Positions 37,937-51,610 of a DNA stretch of 64,000 bases are shown piece by piece. How positions within the stretch are numbered: the stretch's first letter is position 1; every line of letters starts with the position of its first letter. The DNA comes from Lama guanicoe. Lineage: Eukaryota. The position numbers and the translations under genes are program-made. A model generated the notes under the pieces. That model was not told where the DNA came from and made no database searches. It was given only the letters and a program-made list of their open reading frames with translations. The DNA is taken from positions 6,253,902 to 6,317,901 of the forward strand of contig MU053652.1 in the NCBI GenBank assembly GCA_013239625.1, read 5' to 3'.

Positions 37937-40734
37937 TCAGCACTTTGGAATTAAAGTTAGCTACACTTTCCTGAGTTCTTCCTATGTGAATTGTATGATT
38001 CATATGTTTTCTTTTCTTCAAAGTACACATACACAAACACACACAGAGGGATATCACAAACTTCTTTCTCATAATTTTGTTTACTGAGGGTACAAGAAGC
38101 ACTGAAAATACAAATTATTTATCAAGTGTCAAATGAGAAAACAGCAACTCCAATCAATATATCACATGGTATTTCTCTAATCTTTTCTAGATGTGTCCCA
38201 TAGTACTTCTATAACTTCAATTTCTCAGACACCAGCAAGCTATGTGTGGCCATGTTGGCAGCTTTAGTAAGATAACTGTTAGTGATGCTAAAAAACTACA
38301 CTCAATTTTCAACTGAGCCTGACAACATTTGATACATAGGCCATGTTGACAATTCCACCAGCTGGATCATTTTGAATCCTTACAGTAGACAAATCCGTCA
38401 AAAAAGTCAGCTAGTCTGTGTGTGTACTTACACAGTCACAGGCGTGACTGACATTTTTCTCACTGATGCTGGGATCATAGCTCTCCAGGAGAGAATACTG
38501 ATGTTTACAGTATACATTAAAAAATGCTGGTCAAAACATCCTAAAACCCAGTAATATTTCTATAAAAATATACAGTCAGTTAAAAGTATTGGAAAATCTA
38601 CAATGAATGGCTATTTCAGTTAAGATAATTTTGGTTTCTAAAAGCTTTTTTTTCCCCAATATTTGAGTATCTAATTGTGGTAAATGTGGTACTCACTGTT
38701 GCATGTTGTTCTAAAATGATTCCAAAATTTCCTTAGTAAATGAAATGTTCCAGGTAGCATTGAGATCAGTTGGCTAGAGCTCTTGGGCATAGAGTTGAGA
38801 AAATACAATGCCAGTAATTTTGGACCAGCATTAGCTTCCAGTCTTCCCAGCCATTGACACAAGTTGGGATGTCGGACTTTTAATAGGATCCAAACACAAG
38901 GTTCATATTTGCATATTAAGAGTAGGCGAGACCTCCTCTCTAGGCTGTCACCTCTGGAAAATTCCTCTCCATGGGTTTATTTGCTGGACTGGTTTCAGTA
39001 TAAATCTGGCTGGTAGGTAAGGACAGAATAAAAGGCACTTAATCTGACGTGTGAGTGATTTGTTGGCTTTCTTTCCTGTGACTGAGATGACAGCTCTCTG
39101 TGTTTCATCAGTTGCCCAGAAAGTCTAAGCGGGAACTTGTGACAGTTAAGCCACTTATTTCAGGACTGCCTCATTTCTCTATGAATCAACCCAATTTTAC
39201 CTCTCCTAGCATAAATTCTAAAGTCTTTTATTTCATCTCATCTCTTCCATTCACCCTAGAAAGTTAAGAACTATGATGTAGGTAATTACTTTAGATGGTG
39301 TGGGATGTCTCAGAGTTTGTGAGAATTTATTGCTTATTTAGGAAAATGTCCACTCTACTAATCAGGAACAGCTGTGACCAAAAGTGATGAAATTTTAAAA
39401 AAATCAAAATACTATGCTACCTAAAACGCTGTGGATCCCTGATGATATTCCTCTCCCAGGAAAATGGGGAAGCTCTTCAGGGAGTATGCAGAGAAGCAAG
39501 TCTGTGAACGTCAGTACTTCCAACAGTAAAAGCAAAAGTGCATTGTGGCTACACAGAAAGGCACTCTGTTCCCGCACCTGGAGATGTCTATTAATAGGAG
39601 TCACCTAAATGCTGGTTATACTTAATTTTAAATAGAAATACAAATTACCGGGTTAGGTAGGTCTCCTGCAGAAATCAGCAGGTGATCCAAGAGAAAGCGA
39701 GCTTTATTAAATACAAATTCTTAGTGCCTACCCAGTGGAGGGTAAAATTGACGTGAGTCAAGGATTAATTAAACCATTCCTGAAGGTCTTTTTCAGTTGC
39801 TAAACACAGAAAAAAAAAAAAAAGATCAGCCTAATGATAGGCAAACAGTCTAAGAAACAGAATTATCTCATGCTAACTCACCTTTCTCACTTAACATCGC
39901 GCTACCACCTAGCAGCTGCCAACATGTGCTTTGAATGATGGGTTCTGCTCTAAGCAGAGAATAGTATTTTTCTTAAGTAACTCAAAGCATATTAGCTATA
40001 CCTTGGAAAACTATGGAATTTCTAAAATTCATATGTTCGGATACCTAAGCTTTTGTGTGGGTTAAGGGTATTGGGAAGATTCTGGAGCTTGTTTCAGGTT
40101 TCACTGAGGTCTGAATTCGGATATTGCTAAGAGGTACTGATGGCTACTACAGTATAAACCTCTTGCATAGCCTCGTGAGGGGTTGAAACCTCACTTTAAG
40201 CTGAAGTAAACTGGACGAGATAACCCAGAATTTAGAAAAGTGTTGAGGAAAAGATATGATAATGATTCCATGAGATAATGCAAACCAGATAATAATCATA
40301 TCAATAAAAATGAAATGTGTATGTATTGAGTGCTACATAGTTGGAATTTTATATGCCTCATCCACTGCTCCTGATAACACTCCTATGGATTACATGGTAT
40401 TTTAATTACCATCATCATTATTTCATCCATTTGATTATTGAAGAAACTGAGATTTTACACAAATTTTTTAAATTGCCTAAAGTCACTATGTATTTAAACA
40501 ACAGTGCCTAGGATCTTAACTAAGCTTCCCTGAGCTATCCATCTGCTCAAAGGAACTTTCCTGAGAGGCAAAAGATATCAAGAATCTGACTGAAAAAGCC
40601 TGCAGCAGGGTTCGCTGCAGAGAGACTGAGTTGCTGAAAACCATCAATAGTAGAATTTCTTTGGGGGGAGCGATTGCTACTGTGAAGCCTGCAAAAAGCA
40701 TTACTCGGAGATGATGCCTGTTACAAAGCCCCTA

Positions 40735-40902
40735 AATGTTTCCTATGCCAAGTGTGGTTGTCAGACTAGCATCTCCCATGCTTGTTATAAAAGTGGACTC
40801 TCAAAGCCCTCCCCAGTCCCCCTGAATCTGCTTAACAGATCTTATGGCTCTGCATAAGATTTCTAGATAATTCACATCCAAATTTAAGTTGGGATCCACT
40901 GT
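40735..40902. mobile_element. MER5A/B-like hAT-Charlie MITE
   Basis: caagtgtggttgtcagactagcatctcccatgcttgttataaaagtggactctc...ctgaatctg...aaatttaagttgggatccactg. Confidence 0.65.
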
Positions 40903-42239
40903 CAACATTACCCATAAATTACTGTAAGGTGCCACCTAAGCTAGAATGTTACAGCTTTATATTATGGGGGTGGGAATTGCATATATGGGAATTTACTATT
41001 TATAGAAAGGTAATTACATTGGTACTAAGATAGGGCATTCAATTTAGGGACAAGGCAGACAGGGCTACTCTCTATGACAGGAGTTTATAATACTGCTTGT
41101 GAACCACGTGTGTGGAATTAGCTGCCAAACCATGAGGTTCAATTCTGCCTGTTGAAAGGCTTCTCAGAGGCAGCTGATACCATGGTGCCATTTTAAGGCA
41201 ATTTAGAGTGAAGATTAAGATACATCTCTACATGTTATCATAGAGCAGCCATCCTAAAATGTAATCAAGAATGTAACGTGGAATGAATAATACTACATAT
41301 AGTCACAAATGCAAACTGAAAGTTGATAGTCCCCATGGAGTCTAGAGAAATGAAAAGTTAGAAAGTAAAATCTGTTGTCGTCTGTCTAGCATGGTCCAGA
41401 GGAGAAGATCTCATCACCTGTCACCAGAAATTTTCCCTCCACTGGACGAATATATCTATTCACCAAACCTCCACTGCTTGATGAATGGCTGCTTAAGGCC
41501 ACTCAGCTATCTATGTTCTGATCCCAAATTCATTAAGCCAATGTTTCTTATTTTAATTCATCTTCTCAGCTCAGTTTCCCAACTGGTAAGATGTATTTAC
41601 CAGATGGTATATAAATCCAGTCCTTGGCATATGTTATTTAAATGGCTTTCTGCTGCAAATGTTTTTGGCCAAATTTGGGTGCTGTTAATCTCTATCATAC
41701 TGACCTAAAGATTTTGAAATTGCTAAAGTAAGATCCTAGGCCTTGGATGAAGAGAAGCTGTGATCAACCTCAACATTCTAAAAGGGCTGACCTAAAATAG
41801 CCTACCAACATTAATTGTTTAACCAATTCAACTATTTTTTGGTCAATGATAGTGCAGAACTTTGAACTGCTAACTAGTGCTCTTGATCTGAGCCATCTTT
41901 ATGAGAGAAAATATGTTGTGCTTGCTCCAGGTAAACCTGTGCCTTCCCAGCTTCCACCCTGCCCTTGGCAATAGTAGGGTGGGAGCTGGGCATTACAGAG
42001 GTTGTGAGGGAAGCTATTTCCCTACTGTTTCTATGGTGCAGTAAGGAAGTCCTTGTCCTCTGGGACTAAAGAGGGAGTCACATGGTTCCAGGGATTCACA
42101 CCGTTCCTGGGTGTCTGGATGAGACTATCCCCACCATGGGCTTCCATATTATCAGTAGAAGATTGAAAGAGGGTGGCTGTGTTTTCTCCCTTATAACTGG
42201 TACCACTGAGCAGTGAAGTGGAGCAGATGTTCTCTTTGT

Positions 42240-42324
42240 ACCCATCCTGGTTGCCTGGGACCTGAGAATTTCAGTGCTAAAATCGGGAAAGTCCCAGGCA
42301 ACCTGGGGGAAGTTGATCATCTTA
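42240..42324. mobile_element. MER81/MER94-like hAT-Blackjack MITE
   Basis: ccatcctggttgcctgggac...tttcagtgctaaaatcgggaaagtcccaggcaacctggggaagttgatcatctta; internal 13-bp perfect inverted repeat. Confidence 0.8.
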
Positions 42325-42430
42325 CCTCACTAACACTTTTGGACCAGTCACTATTCTTCATATAGACCACCAGTTTTCTCACGTCATCCTAGAATATTAC
42401 CCATAACTCCTTCTTGTTATAGTCAACTAT

Positions 42431-42645
42431 ACCAGTGCTTATCAAACAATCTGTGACGAAGGACCATTCCCTTTTTTTTCTCCCCAATCTGTTTTGGATC
42501 AACAAATACAATAAAAAAATAAATTACAGACAAGGAAATAAAATAGGTATATAACATAAGTTCATTTTAAAATTATTATTAGATTTAATAGTGTTCAATG
42601 TGGACGAGTAACAAAAAGTTGGGGACCACATTTTGAAGAACGCTT
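42431..42645. mobile_element. hAT-Charlie non-autonomous element
   Basis: Start cagtgcttatcaaacaatctgtgacgaaggacca; end ggggaccacattttgaagaacgct (Charlie-type termini). Confidence 0.55.
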
Positions 42646-43619
42646 TTTCACATAACCCCAGACTGGTCTTCCTCATCCTTCCTACCTCCTGTTTCTCTAT
42701 TGTTTTCTCCAAAATTGCTCCTGCCATGAATCCTGGTGATTTTAATATCCATGATGGTGAGTCTCTCAATAACCTCTCAGATATCTGACCTCTAAAAATC
42801 CTAACCTTGACTCTCCCTGAGACTTTCAAGTCTGTGGACATATTCTAAAATTTGTCCTTACTGATGTCTATAATTACCCCGTTCTCTGACAAACAGGAAA
42901 GATCGAGGCAAATTAGGAGAAGCTGAGCATCCTCTCTCACTTCCACATGCACCTCACCCACAGTGAGGTCAGAGTAGAAATTGAGAGTAGCCATTCATAC
43001 ACTTTTGCAGCAATTTGACAGGTTTATTTTTAATATCCATGAAATCCAATAATAATAAAAAATTGAATTTAAGTTTATGCTATTCTCCATATTATCCCCC
43101 TAATTTTTACTAAAATAACTTTTCAACCTCCCTGAGCTCTACAATTCATTAGTTCTACCACCTTTTGAAATTTTCATTAAATTTTATTTTTATTATGAAA
43201 TAAGGAGAATCAATTTCTCAACTTTGAATATAAAATTGTTGCATTTTTTAATTGAAATGAACCTACTGATCAGTTCTGAGATAATTCTATCATTACAAAA
43301 TTAAAACTTTCTGTCCATGACATGCTATTCTCTCCATTTATTTAAGCTTTACTGATTCCCAATATACTACATATTTACTTAATTTTTTTATTGACTCTCT
43401 TTATCCACTACAATGTAACATGAATAAAGGCAGGTATTTCTGTGTTTTGTTCAATGTTGTATATGCATCAGCTAGAACTGAATGCCTAACATAATATTTG
43501 ATATTTCATTCATCCATTCACTTAAACAAGTTCATATGGGAAGAGTTCTGAGATCAATGTGAAGAAGAATCTGTTTTCAAAAAATTCCATACATTTGGCT
43601 GACAACTGTTTAAATAAAT

Positions 43620-44180
43620 AATTATAATGCAAACTGTAATATGAAATAGATTTGTACACAGTGTATTATGGGAGCACTGAGTAAATACATAGAATTCAGT
43701 GTGGGACTGGAGCAACTTTGAGGAAGATACCATGCTTCCTCTAAAAGGGGTCGTTAAAGCTATTCTAGTGGAAGGAGAGATAACTGAGGGTGTGCTTTAG
43801 GAAGTTCAAAGTCCAGAGACAGTAATTTTACGAAGTTTTGTTGGCTATTTGTGAGGTATAAAATATGAATTACAGAGAAGAAACAATGGGGACTGAGAGA
43901 CCGTGGTGCAAATTGAAGAAAGTTGAATATTTTCCCCCTTTATGCATGGAAGCCACTGAAGAATTTTAAGCACAGAGGTGAAATATACAAATTCAGATTC
44001 TAGTAAAGGATGAAATTGAGCATGACATAGTCCAGGGAATAACAAGTTTGGATTTGGGCATGGTTTATAGCAACAGAGAAGACAGAACAGATTTGAACGT
44101 TACTGGTACTTAGGAGGCATAAATGAGAGAACTGGCAAATGCATGGACTTGGGAGATAAGGGGAAAGAAAGAGTGAAATT
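43620..44180 (-). mobile_element. L2 fragment
   Basis: cacagtgtattatgggagcactgag...atggaagccactgaagaattttaagcacagaggtgaaat...ggagataaggggaaagaaagagtga. Confidence 0.75.
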
Positions 44181-44219
44181 AATGATGACCATTATTAGCT
44201 AAAAAGTAATCAGTACTGT

Positions 44220-45790
44220 GATCAGGTCAAATTAAACATTCACCAAAAAGTAGCTTTCCTATACGGAAGAGATGCCTTTTAAAATGATAAAGCACAAAAC
44301 ACCTAGAAGAAATCTAACAGGAAATCTACAGGATATATGTACACACAATTCAAATGTTTATTAAGACACGAAAGAAAACTTTAATAACTAGAGAGTGATG
44401 CCTCATGTTTGCATAGAAATAGTCACATCAATTCATTGTAAATGCAAATGTAAACTGAATACATCTAAATCAATTAGTGTCATAACTTTCTATACTACTC
44501 TCTCTCCTCCTCCTCATTCTACTTCTTGATTTCAATTTTGAAAAAAACTTCCTAAACTTTATTAGGATGAATAAATGTGTAATAATAATTTTAAAAAGCC
44601 AAAGAAGGTTTTTTCATGGTAGAGAACTACTCCTGTCAAGGATATACTAAACTGTGCTAATTAAAACCACGCAATAATGACTTAGGGGGCTGGCGAATCA
44701 AATAGAGGACAAAAACAGAACTATTTATAAGGGATACTTAGTACATGATAAATGCAGGTTTTTAAAACTCAGTGATGGAAAACCATTAGTCAGTAGATTG
44801 GGTTAGGATAACTAGCTATGTTTTGAGGAAAAAGAGCTGGCCTCTTACCTTTCTTAACAAAAACAACTCCAAATCATTCACTGCTAACAAAACTTAAAAA
44901 ACAAACAATGAACTCTGAAAAATGTTTATAATACACATGACATAATTTCCTTAATCTGTAAATAAATATTAATAATTAATTTTTAAAATATAAACAACTG
45001 AATAAAATGGGCACTGAATCTGGAAAGCCAGTCTCTCACATACACACACATGCACATCATATAAATGATTAATAATATACATAAAAGCTCACCTCAATTA
45101 AGAGACACCAATTAAAACAAAATTTAGCCGCCTTTTGACTGACTAGACTGGCAAATATTGTAAACATTTCTAAAACTTCACGTTATTTAAAACATGGGAA
45201 AATCAGGACTACCATCCCCTTTTGCTAGAAGTATATAGATGCTTCATACCATTTTGTGTAGGGAAACTATGCACATTTTCAAAATATAAAATATATATGT
45301 CATTTGGCATTTAGCCTATGAGAAGATTTACCCAAACAAGTGATCACTAAATGTACAAAGATTTTCATCCTAATAGGAAGTGACAAACCTAAGTTTCCAT
45401 TAAATGGACAAGGATTTTTGTTGCAATTGGAATGATATTGGATTGGATGCATAGATTGGGCTACAAACTGCAGATACAATACTATGGAGCCACGAATGAA
45501 GAGTGAGTTATCACTATGAGTTTTCCCATAGGAAGATTATGCATAAGTTTATTTTTAAGTGAAAGAAGCAAGTGGAGATCAGGATATGTCGTTTGATTAC
45601 ATTAAAAATAGCGCATGCACTATTTTATTTGCATAAGCATACAAAGAAGTGCTAGAAAAGTACACCCCACACTGCTAACAATAGCCACAGCTGAGGAGAG
45701 GAATTAAGGCAGCAGTGGGTAGAGGAAGGAGAGTTTCATTTTCCATTTTGTATACTTTAGTATTTTCTGAAATTTTTTTATAATGACCAT
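44220..45790 (+). mobile_element. Ancient L1 (L1ME-like) ORF2 3' part and 3' UTR
   Basis: aaaagtagctttcctatac...aaatctaacaggaaatctacaggat...ggataactagctatg...gactagactggcaaatatt...gatacaatactatggagcc...gaaattttttataatgaccat. Confidence 0.7.
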
Positions 45791-48700
45791 AATTACTTCT
45801 GAATAAAGACTACTTACTACGTAGGAGTGAATTAAGCGCTGTAACAGTTCATAGTTCTAATTGGATTTCCTAACAATATCAAACTTGGAATACAATTAGA
45901 CACATTTCCTCCCCAATAAAGAATGTGTTTCAGTAGGTTGTTGAGCAGACCTGTTGTGAAGGTATAGATAAATGGGACCCAGGAAGACAAGTAACCCATG
46001 CATCTGACTGCACAAGCAATTCCTTCATATGACTGACCTGCAGACTCAAAGACCCGGTTAACTTTGCCTGGAATTTATTTATTCTGGAGATGGAGGTAAG
46101 TGACTAACGTAACCCAATGTCGAATATTTAAAACAAAGTCCTCTTACATTCTTGCTCTGGTTTCTTGCTCACAGGGCAAACTTTCCTTAAGATGTTGGCT
46201 TCCCAGAGTACCTCTGCTTGTTTGGTAAATTAATAAATTGATATTCTCATTACTACTTCAGGCTCTGCAAACTTGATTAACGTGAGTCTCATCCTTAGCA
46301 ACTGACCCATTCTTGGAATGTTGACAAAATCAGATTTCTGAGCAAGTGGGACCAATCCTAGGTCCTAGATTCTGGTGTCATCTACAAGACAAATGCTAAC
46401 TTTAGAAATCTTTCATTCAAATGAAGGAATTTTGCTGAAAATTTTCCTTCTAACTAAAATGTACCATTTTTATCAAATTTCAACTATTAATCAAAGCTTA
46501 CTCCAAACCTTACCTCCTACATAAAAACTTTCATCATAACGGGTGACTTGGCTCTTCTAAATTTTTGTAGAAATTATTTCCCTTGTACTTGGGCGCTTCT
46601 CACACATTGAGTCTATTTTTGTTCACTGACATTGATTATATCCTGTACAAAAGTAAACTACTGGTATATTTTTCTGCAATCAATGTTATCTGGCATAATC
46701 CCTTACACGCACTGTGGTTAGAGTTTAGTGTATATTTAATTTCAGCTTTCTTGATTGCCTTCTGCTGTAATCTTTCCATCTCTGAACTAATTTCTTATAC
46801 CACCATTTAAGCATGTGACTTATTACATTACTTTAATTTTTATTTTATAATATTAATTTCCATAAATGACCTCCTTTTAGTTTATACACTTTTTGGTGGC
46901 AGAAAACATTTATTAGTACATATGAAAGAACTGCTTACTGAATGAATTTAAATGTATTATTCTCCTTTACATAACTATAATGCTCAGTGCTTTTAATAAA
47001 GTAGACCCTCGTCTATGTGAGTGTTGAATGAACAGATAGCCACAGGAAATTATAGGAGCTCCTAATAGAAGTTCCACGAATTACCAATTCAGGAATCTTT
47101 TTAGACAATAACTCTTAGATTTACTTTGAAGAAAAACAGAGAAATCCAAGCCTTCTTTGAGCTCAGGCTCACTGTAAAGAGTGGTACTAAGTAGAGGACA
47201 AGTGGAAATTATTTGCCCATCAGCTATGCAATAATTATTTTATGTGCTCCCTCTCTGCTTCCAGAATGAAGAAAAATGTTCTGAATTGATACATTCCTTT
47301 TACACATTTGAAAGGCTGCATTAGCTTTTGTTAATTAACTTAATTACTGTGACCCAAAGCAACCCAGGCTTGCTTGAAATGTTAGTCAGGTCTGGAACAG
47401 AGCCGGGAATGCCTTATGGAAATAAAATCTCCTGTAGACTCTGTCTGGTGGTGGTCTCACTTTGTTAGTAATTGGGCCCGTTGCTTGGCTGTCTTTGACC
47501 ACATGTTAAACAGGTTATAGAAATATAACAGTGATGCACTGAACCCGAATCAAGGAAGCATTTTTATGGTAAGTATAGGTCAGTTACTTCCAAAATTCTA
47601 TTTAGGAAATGAGTTCTCATATTCATTGCCACTTACTTTGAGGGTATTAATTATCAGGGCTAGAATGCATCTATAAAAGTTACATTTCTTGTTTATATTC
47701 GCATCATATATGATCTCTGTGTGTTTCTACTCTTCATTGAGGCAATAAGTCAGTTCATTTCTCCAGAAAGATTTCTCTATTTCTTAAGTTCAAAAATTGA
47801 GTACTGTCTTATCTTATTCTTAGAGATTTCTGTCACTCTATTTTTACTTTTTTCTTTTTAAAGGTCTTTCCTGACCATTCAGAAATGGTGGCCAAACTCT
47901 GAACATGCTGCTCTGGTTACTTCTATAGCAACCTGTCCTCTTGAATGTCAACACGGCAAGGAATTGAGAACCAGATGACTGATCTTCCTTAGGGAGCAGG
48001 GTAGAATAAATGAAAGCCACAATATGTGGGGGGCCAATGTAGTGGTGTCCCCTTTGGCTCTCTAATGGCAGTCTGCCACACAGGAGTTTGTGAAAGATGG
48101 GAGTGGCTGAAGAGGGTATAGGAGAGGGAAGCAAGAGAAGACTATGATAAATAGACGATAAATTCTAGAGCAATGTGTACCATTCAAAGTGGAATAAATG
48201 ACCCCAAACCGGAACTCAAACATATTTCCACTACACTCTCTCTTCTGTCCCTAACAGATACCAGAGTTGTGATGAGTAAATTTTACCTAAGGGAATGTGG
48301 CGGAGAGGGGAGATGTGAACAGGAAGGGAAAGGAAAGGAAAGCTGCAAAATATTACATCCCTGGTTCTCCGGCTTTGGAGTGAATAGCCAATGTGAAAGC
48401 CATAGAGTTATTAACAGGATGAAAAATCTGTCCAAAATTTGAGTTTTCTGAAGAATTTATTTTTGGCTGATTAGAAATGATTTTTCTTCAGAAAAAAAAA
48501 AAGTTACAGGCCAAGTTAAAGAAGTTAGAAAGTCAAAAGTTGTATCTGGTTCTAGGGTGTGTGCCCTGCATAGAGGCACCATTTTTAAGAGTCTGCCATT
48601 TGTATATAAAATATTTACTAACATAGATGAACATATGGGCTGATTCGAAGATTCCTGGCTTCTAGGCTGTGTCCCTTTAAGATGAAATCTCTTCCATATA

Positions 48701-49184
48701 AACCCACACTTGTATGCATGGCTGTGTGTACAAACCATGATCTGGGCTTCCACTGAGATTGACTCCTCCACCTCCTGGATGTTCCTAAATGCTCTATAAT
48801 TCCCACTTTCCTCCCTCTTTCCCCCAAAGACTTGATCCTGACATAATAGTTTGATTAGCTCATTTTGGGCAGGGGTGGTGGTGGTATCAGACTTGCACGC
48901 TGTGTGCTGGGTCCATTGCATCTTGGATGACTATGAGCCAAAGAGAGTTGGTATAAGAAACTCAAATGCATCCATTTCCTCTCTAAATATACCTGTTTAA
49001 GCATTGGTGTGTGGTATGAGTTAATGATTCTAATCCTGTCGAATGAGTGAAAGGCTATCCATTAATAGATGGTTGAAATTCAGAATGGCTGCCTTAAGTT
49101 GTACCAAACCATTTGACTTCGCCTATTAGGCCAGTGGCTTGACTTCATCAAAAAGCCAGAACTGAAACTTTAGTCCGTTTATAC

Positions 49185-50115
49185 ATTTCTCTCTTTTGCC
49201 TCCTAGTTTCAGTCAATCTCCATGCCCCATAAATTCTACCTCCTAAGTACTTCTCCAATCTCCTCATGCCTCTCTAATACTACTACTAGAGATTTATTTC
49301 AAACCCTCATCATTTCCCACGTGATTTACTATATTCATCTATTATATTATTCTGTTTATTATCTATCCTTGTTTACTATCAGCCTCTAACAGTTTTCAAT
49401 ACGCTTTGTGAGAGAGAGGGAAGGAGTGAGACAAAGAGGAGGAGGGGGAGAAAGAGGGCGGATGCTTGTTTTGTTCTTCGCTGTTACCTCCATCATGTGT
49501 AACATGGCTTGACATGTAGTAGGTGAGCAAAACATATGTTGGAACACTACGCTTAAGAAGAAATAAATAAATAAAAGGTTGCATGCATGACTGGAAACGC
49601 ATTCATCTTACTGTCCTGTAGGTTGTAGTCATAGTGATTTTTTGAAATGTAAATGTAAATATGTCACTCTCATCCTTGACTTTTTTTGTTTCCCTCCAGC
49701 TCTGTGGCCATAAATCTGAAGCCCGCTGTGGAATTTAAGAACATCTTTTATGTCAGTTTTCACCATTCTTTCACATAGCTAGTGTCTATCCAACTTTCAG
49801 CCATTTGATTTTTCTGTCCTTCTCCAAAAAGATGGTTTAGTTTCTCATCTCCATGTCTACATGTATACTATTATTTTCAAAAACATCCAGAACACTTCTT
49901 TAGACATATACTTCATGAAGGAAGTTGAGCACACTATTTACCTCTATCACAGGGCTATTGAATCTACTGTCAACTTGGTTCATTATTGTCCTCCCACTTT
50001 GGAAAGTGAGTCTCTCCAAGGTAAGCATAGACTTTTGTGTGCCTAGGGCCTTAGAGAACTCCCTGCTCTTAGCAGACATCTAATACATATTTACTGAATG
50101 AAAAAAAAAATGAAT
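49185..50115 (+). mobile_element. L2 fragments (two 3' tails)
   Basis: ccataaattctacctcctaagtacttctc...; catgtagtaggtgagcaaaacatatgttgg; gtgagtctctccaaggtaagcatag...cagacatctaatacatatttactgaatg. Confidence 0.6.
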
Positions 50116-51445
50116 GAACCATAACACACACCACAGAAGGTACACTGGTGACTTCAGGCACTTGGGCCAAGTTTAATTTGGGGTCCAAGTCCATCAGTGG
50201 ATTGAAAGTGTTCCCTTTTTCTCTTTTCTGCTACTGTTATTTAAGTGGTCATTTTAAAGTAAGGAAGCTGAGACTTGAGAAAGTTGAGGTTTAATACTTC
50301 AACCTTGACTTAGATTGATAAATAACAATTACATATATTTCCAATCAAGATTTGGGATAACATGGCCACAGAATTTATCTTGGAAAATGGTACCTACTGT
50401 GATCACTTGTATATATTTGAATTTGCATGTATTACTCAAAATTAGTACTACTGACAGTTTTAGGTGCATATTCAAATGAATAATCTGGCTCTGTAAAGAT
50501 ACAGAAGAATTTGGCAACACTAGTGTTTTCTCCTTACATCTGTATAAGACTGCAGCAGTTAGTTAACGTCTCAGATCCTCAACTTCTCTGAGCATCAACT
50601 ACTGGTAATAACATCTAATTCACAAGTCAGCGATGATGATGCTGTTTATGTCATTTATTTAACACGTATGTGCCAGCTTCTATGATAAGCACTTGGTGTA
50701 TTAAAACCCTCAAGCACATGAATGAATTATTGTCTTCCTCATGTGGTGCAAAAAGATAATCACTTAAGGTTTTATAGCAAGTAAGTGATAGGACTGGAGT
50801 ACAGTTTAGACAGACCCTGAAGTTATGCACTTAACTACTATATTATAGCAAAACTTCCTGTGACAAAATCTCCCATGCATAATATACCTAATTTCTAGGT
50901 AATTGTGCATATTGGGAAGAAATTATTGATTTTTAAATAGAAGTCCCTCCGGAGAAGCTAATAAATATGATTCATAAATGGATTGTGAAACTGCTCCTAT
51001 CACTTCTCCTTGAAGGGGGCTATTACGCTGATTTCTTTCTTAATTTACCATGGGGAATTAACATTCTATTATTTATTCAGTTCATATACCACAATAATGT
51101 AACACCATAAAAATAAATTGAAGTGTTTTGAGTAGTAAGCAAGTAATTAGCATTATTTCAGCTGTGCTCTGCAGGGTGAAGGAATGTGTTTCATGACTCA
51201 AAACTCTTTTGGTTTGTAAAACCAGTTCACATCTTCTGAAATGCAGTTGTGTTACTGGCTCTTTCTTTTTCTGCCTTTGTTATTTCTTGAAGCACTTTTA
51301 ACTGGTTATTTTTCATCCATGATGAGGGAAAGAGTTATAGAATGTTAGTCAAGAAAAAGGACTAACGTCTCCTTAGGGTTTCTCTGAGTTACCCTAAATT
51401 TTTATCATTTGCAATTTCTTTTACTGAGGTGCTATTTATGAATTG

Positions 51446-51466
51446 TCATCATCATCATCATCATCA
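51446..51466. repeat. (TCA)7 microsatellite
   Basis: Perfect run abutting the SINE TSD. Confidence 0.95.
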
Positions 51467-51480
51467 TCTACCTTGTAATT

Positions 51481-51610
51481 ACTTTGGGTGGGGGTGGGGG
51501 TAATTAGGTTTGTTTATTTATTTGTTTGTTTAGTGGAGGTACTGGGGAATGAACCCAGGACCTTGTGCATGCTTAAGTATGTGCTCTACCACTGATCTAT
51601 ATTCTCCCCT
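51481..51610 (-). mobile_element. Camelid Vic-1-type tRNA-derived SINE, full length, with TSD
   Basis: Minus strand ggggagaatatagatcagtggtagagcacatacttaagcatgcacaaggtcctgggttcattccccagtacctccactaaacaaacaaataaataaacaaacctaattacccc; A-box TAGATCAGTGG, B-box GGTTCATTCCC; 16-bp TSD 51465-51480 / 51611-51626. Confidence 0.9.

Noticed and set aside
47520..47575. Possible small exon ending ATG|GTAAGT
   Set aside because: Acceptor lacks a polypyrimidine tract; no recognisable peptide
51530..51610. tRNA gene (A and B boxes present)
   Set aside because: Has a SINE body, A-rich tail and TSD; cloverleaf degenerate; it is a tRNA-derived SINE
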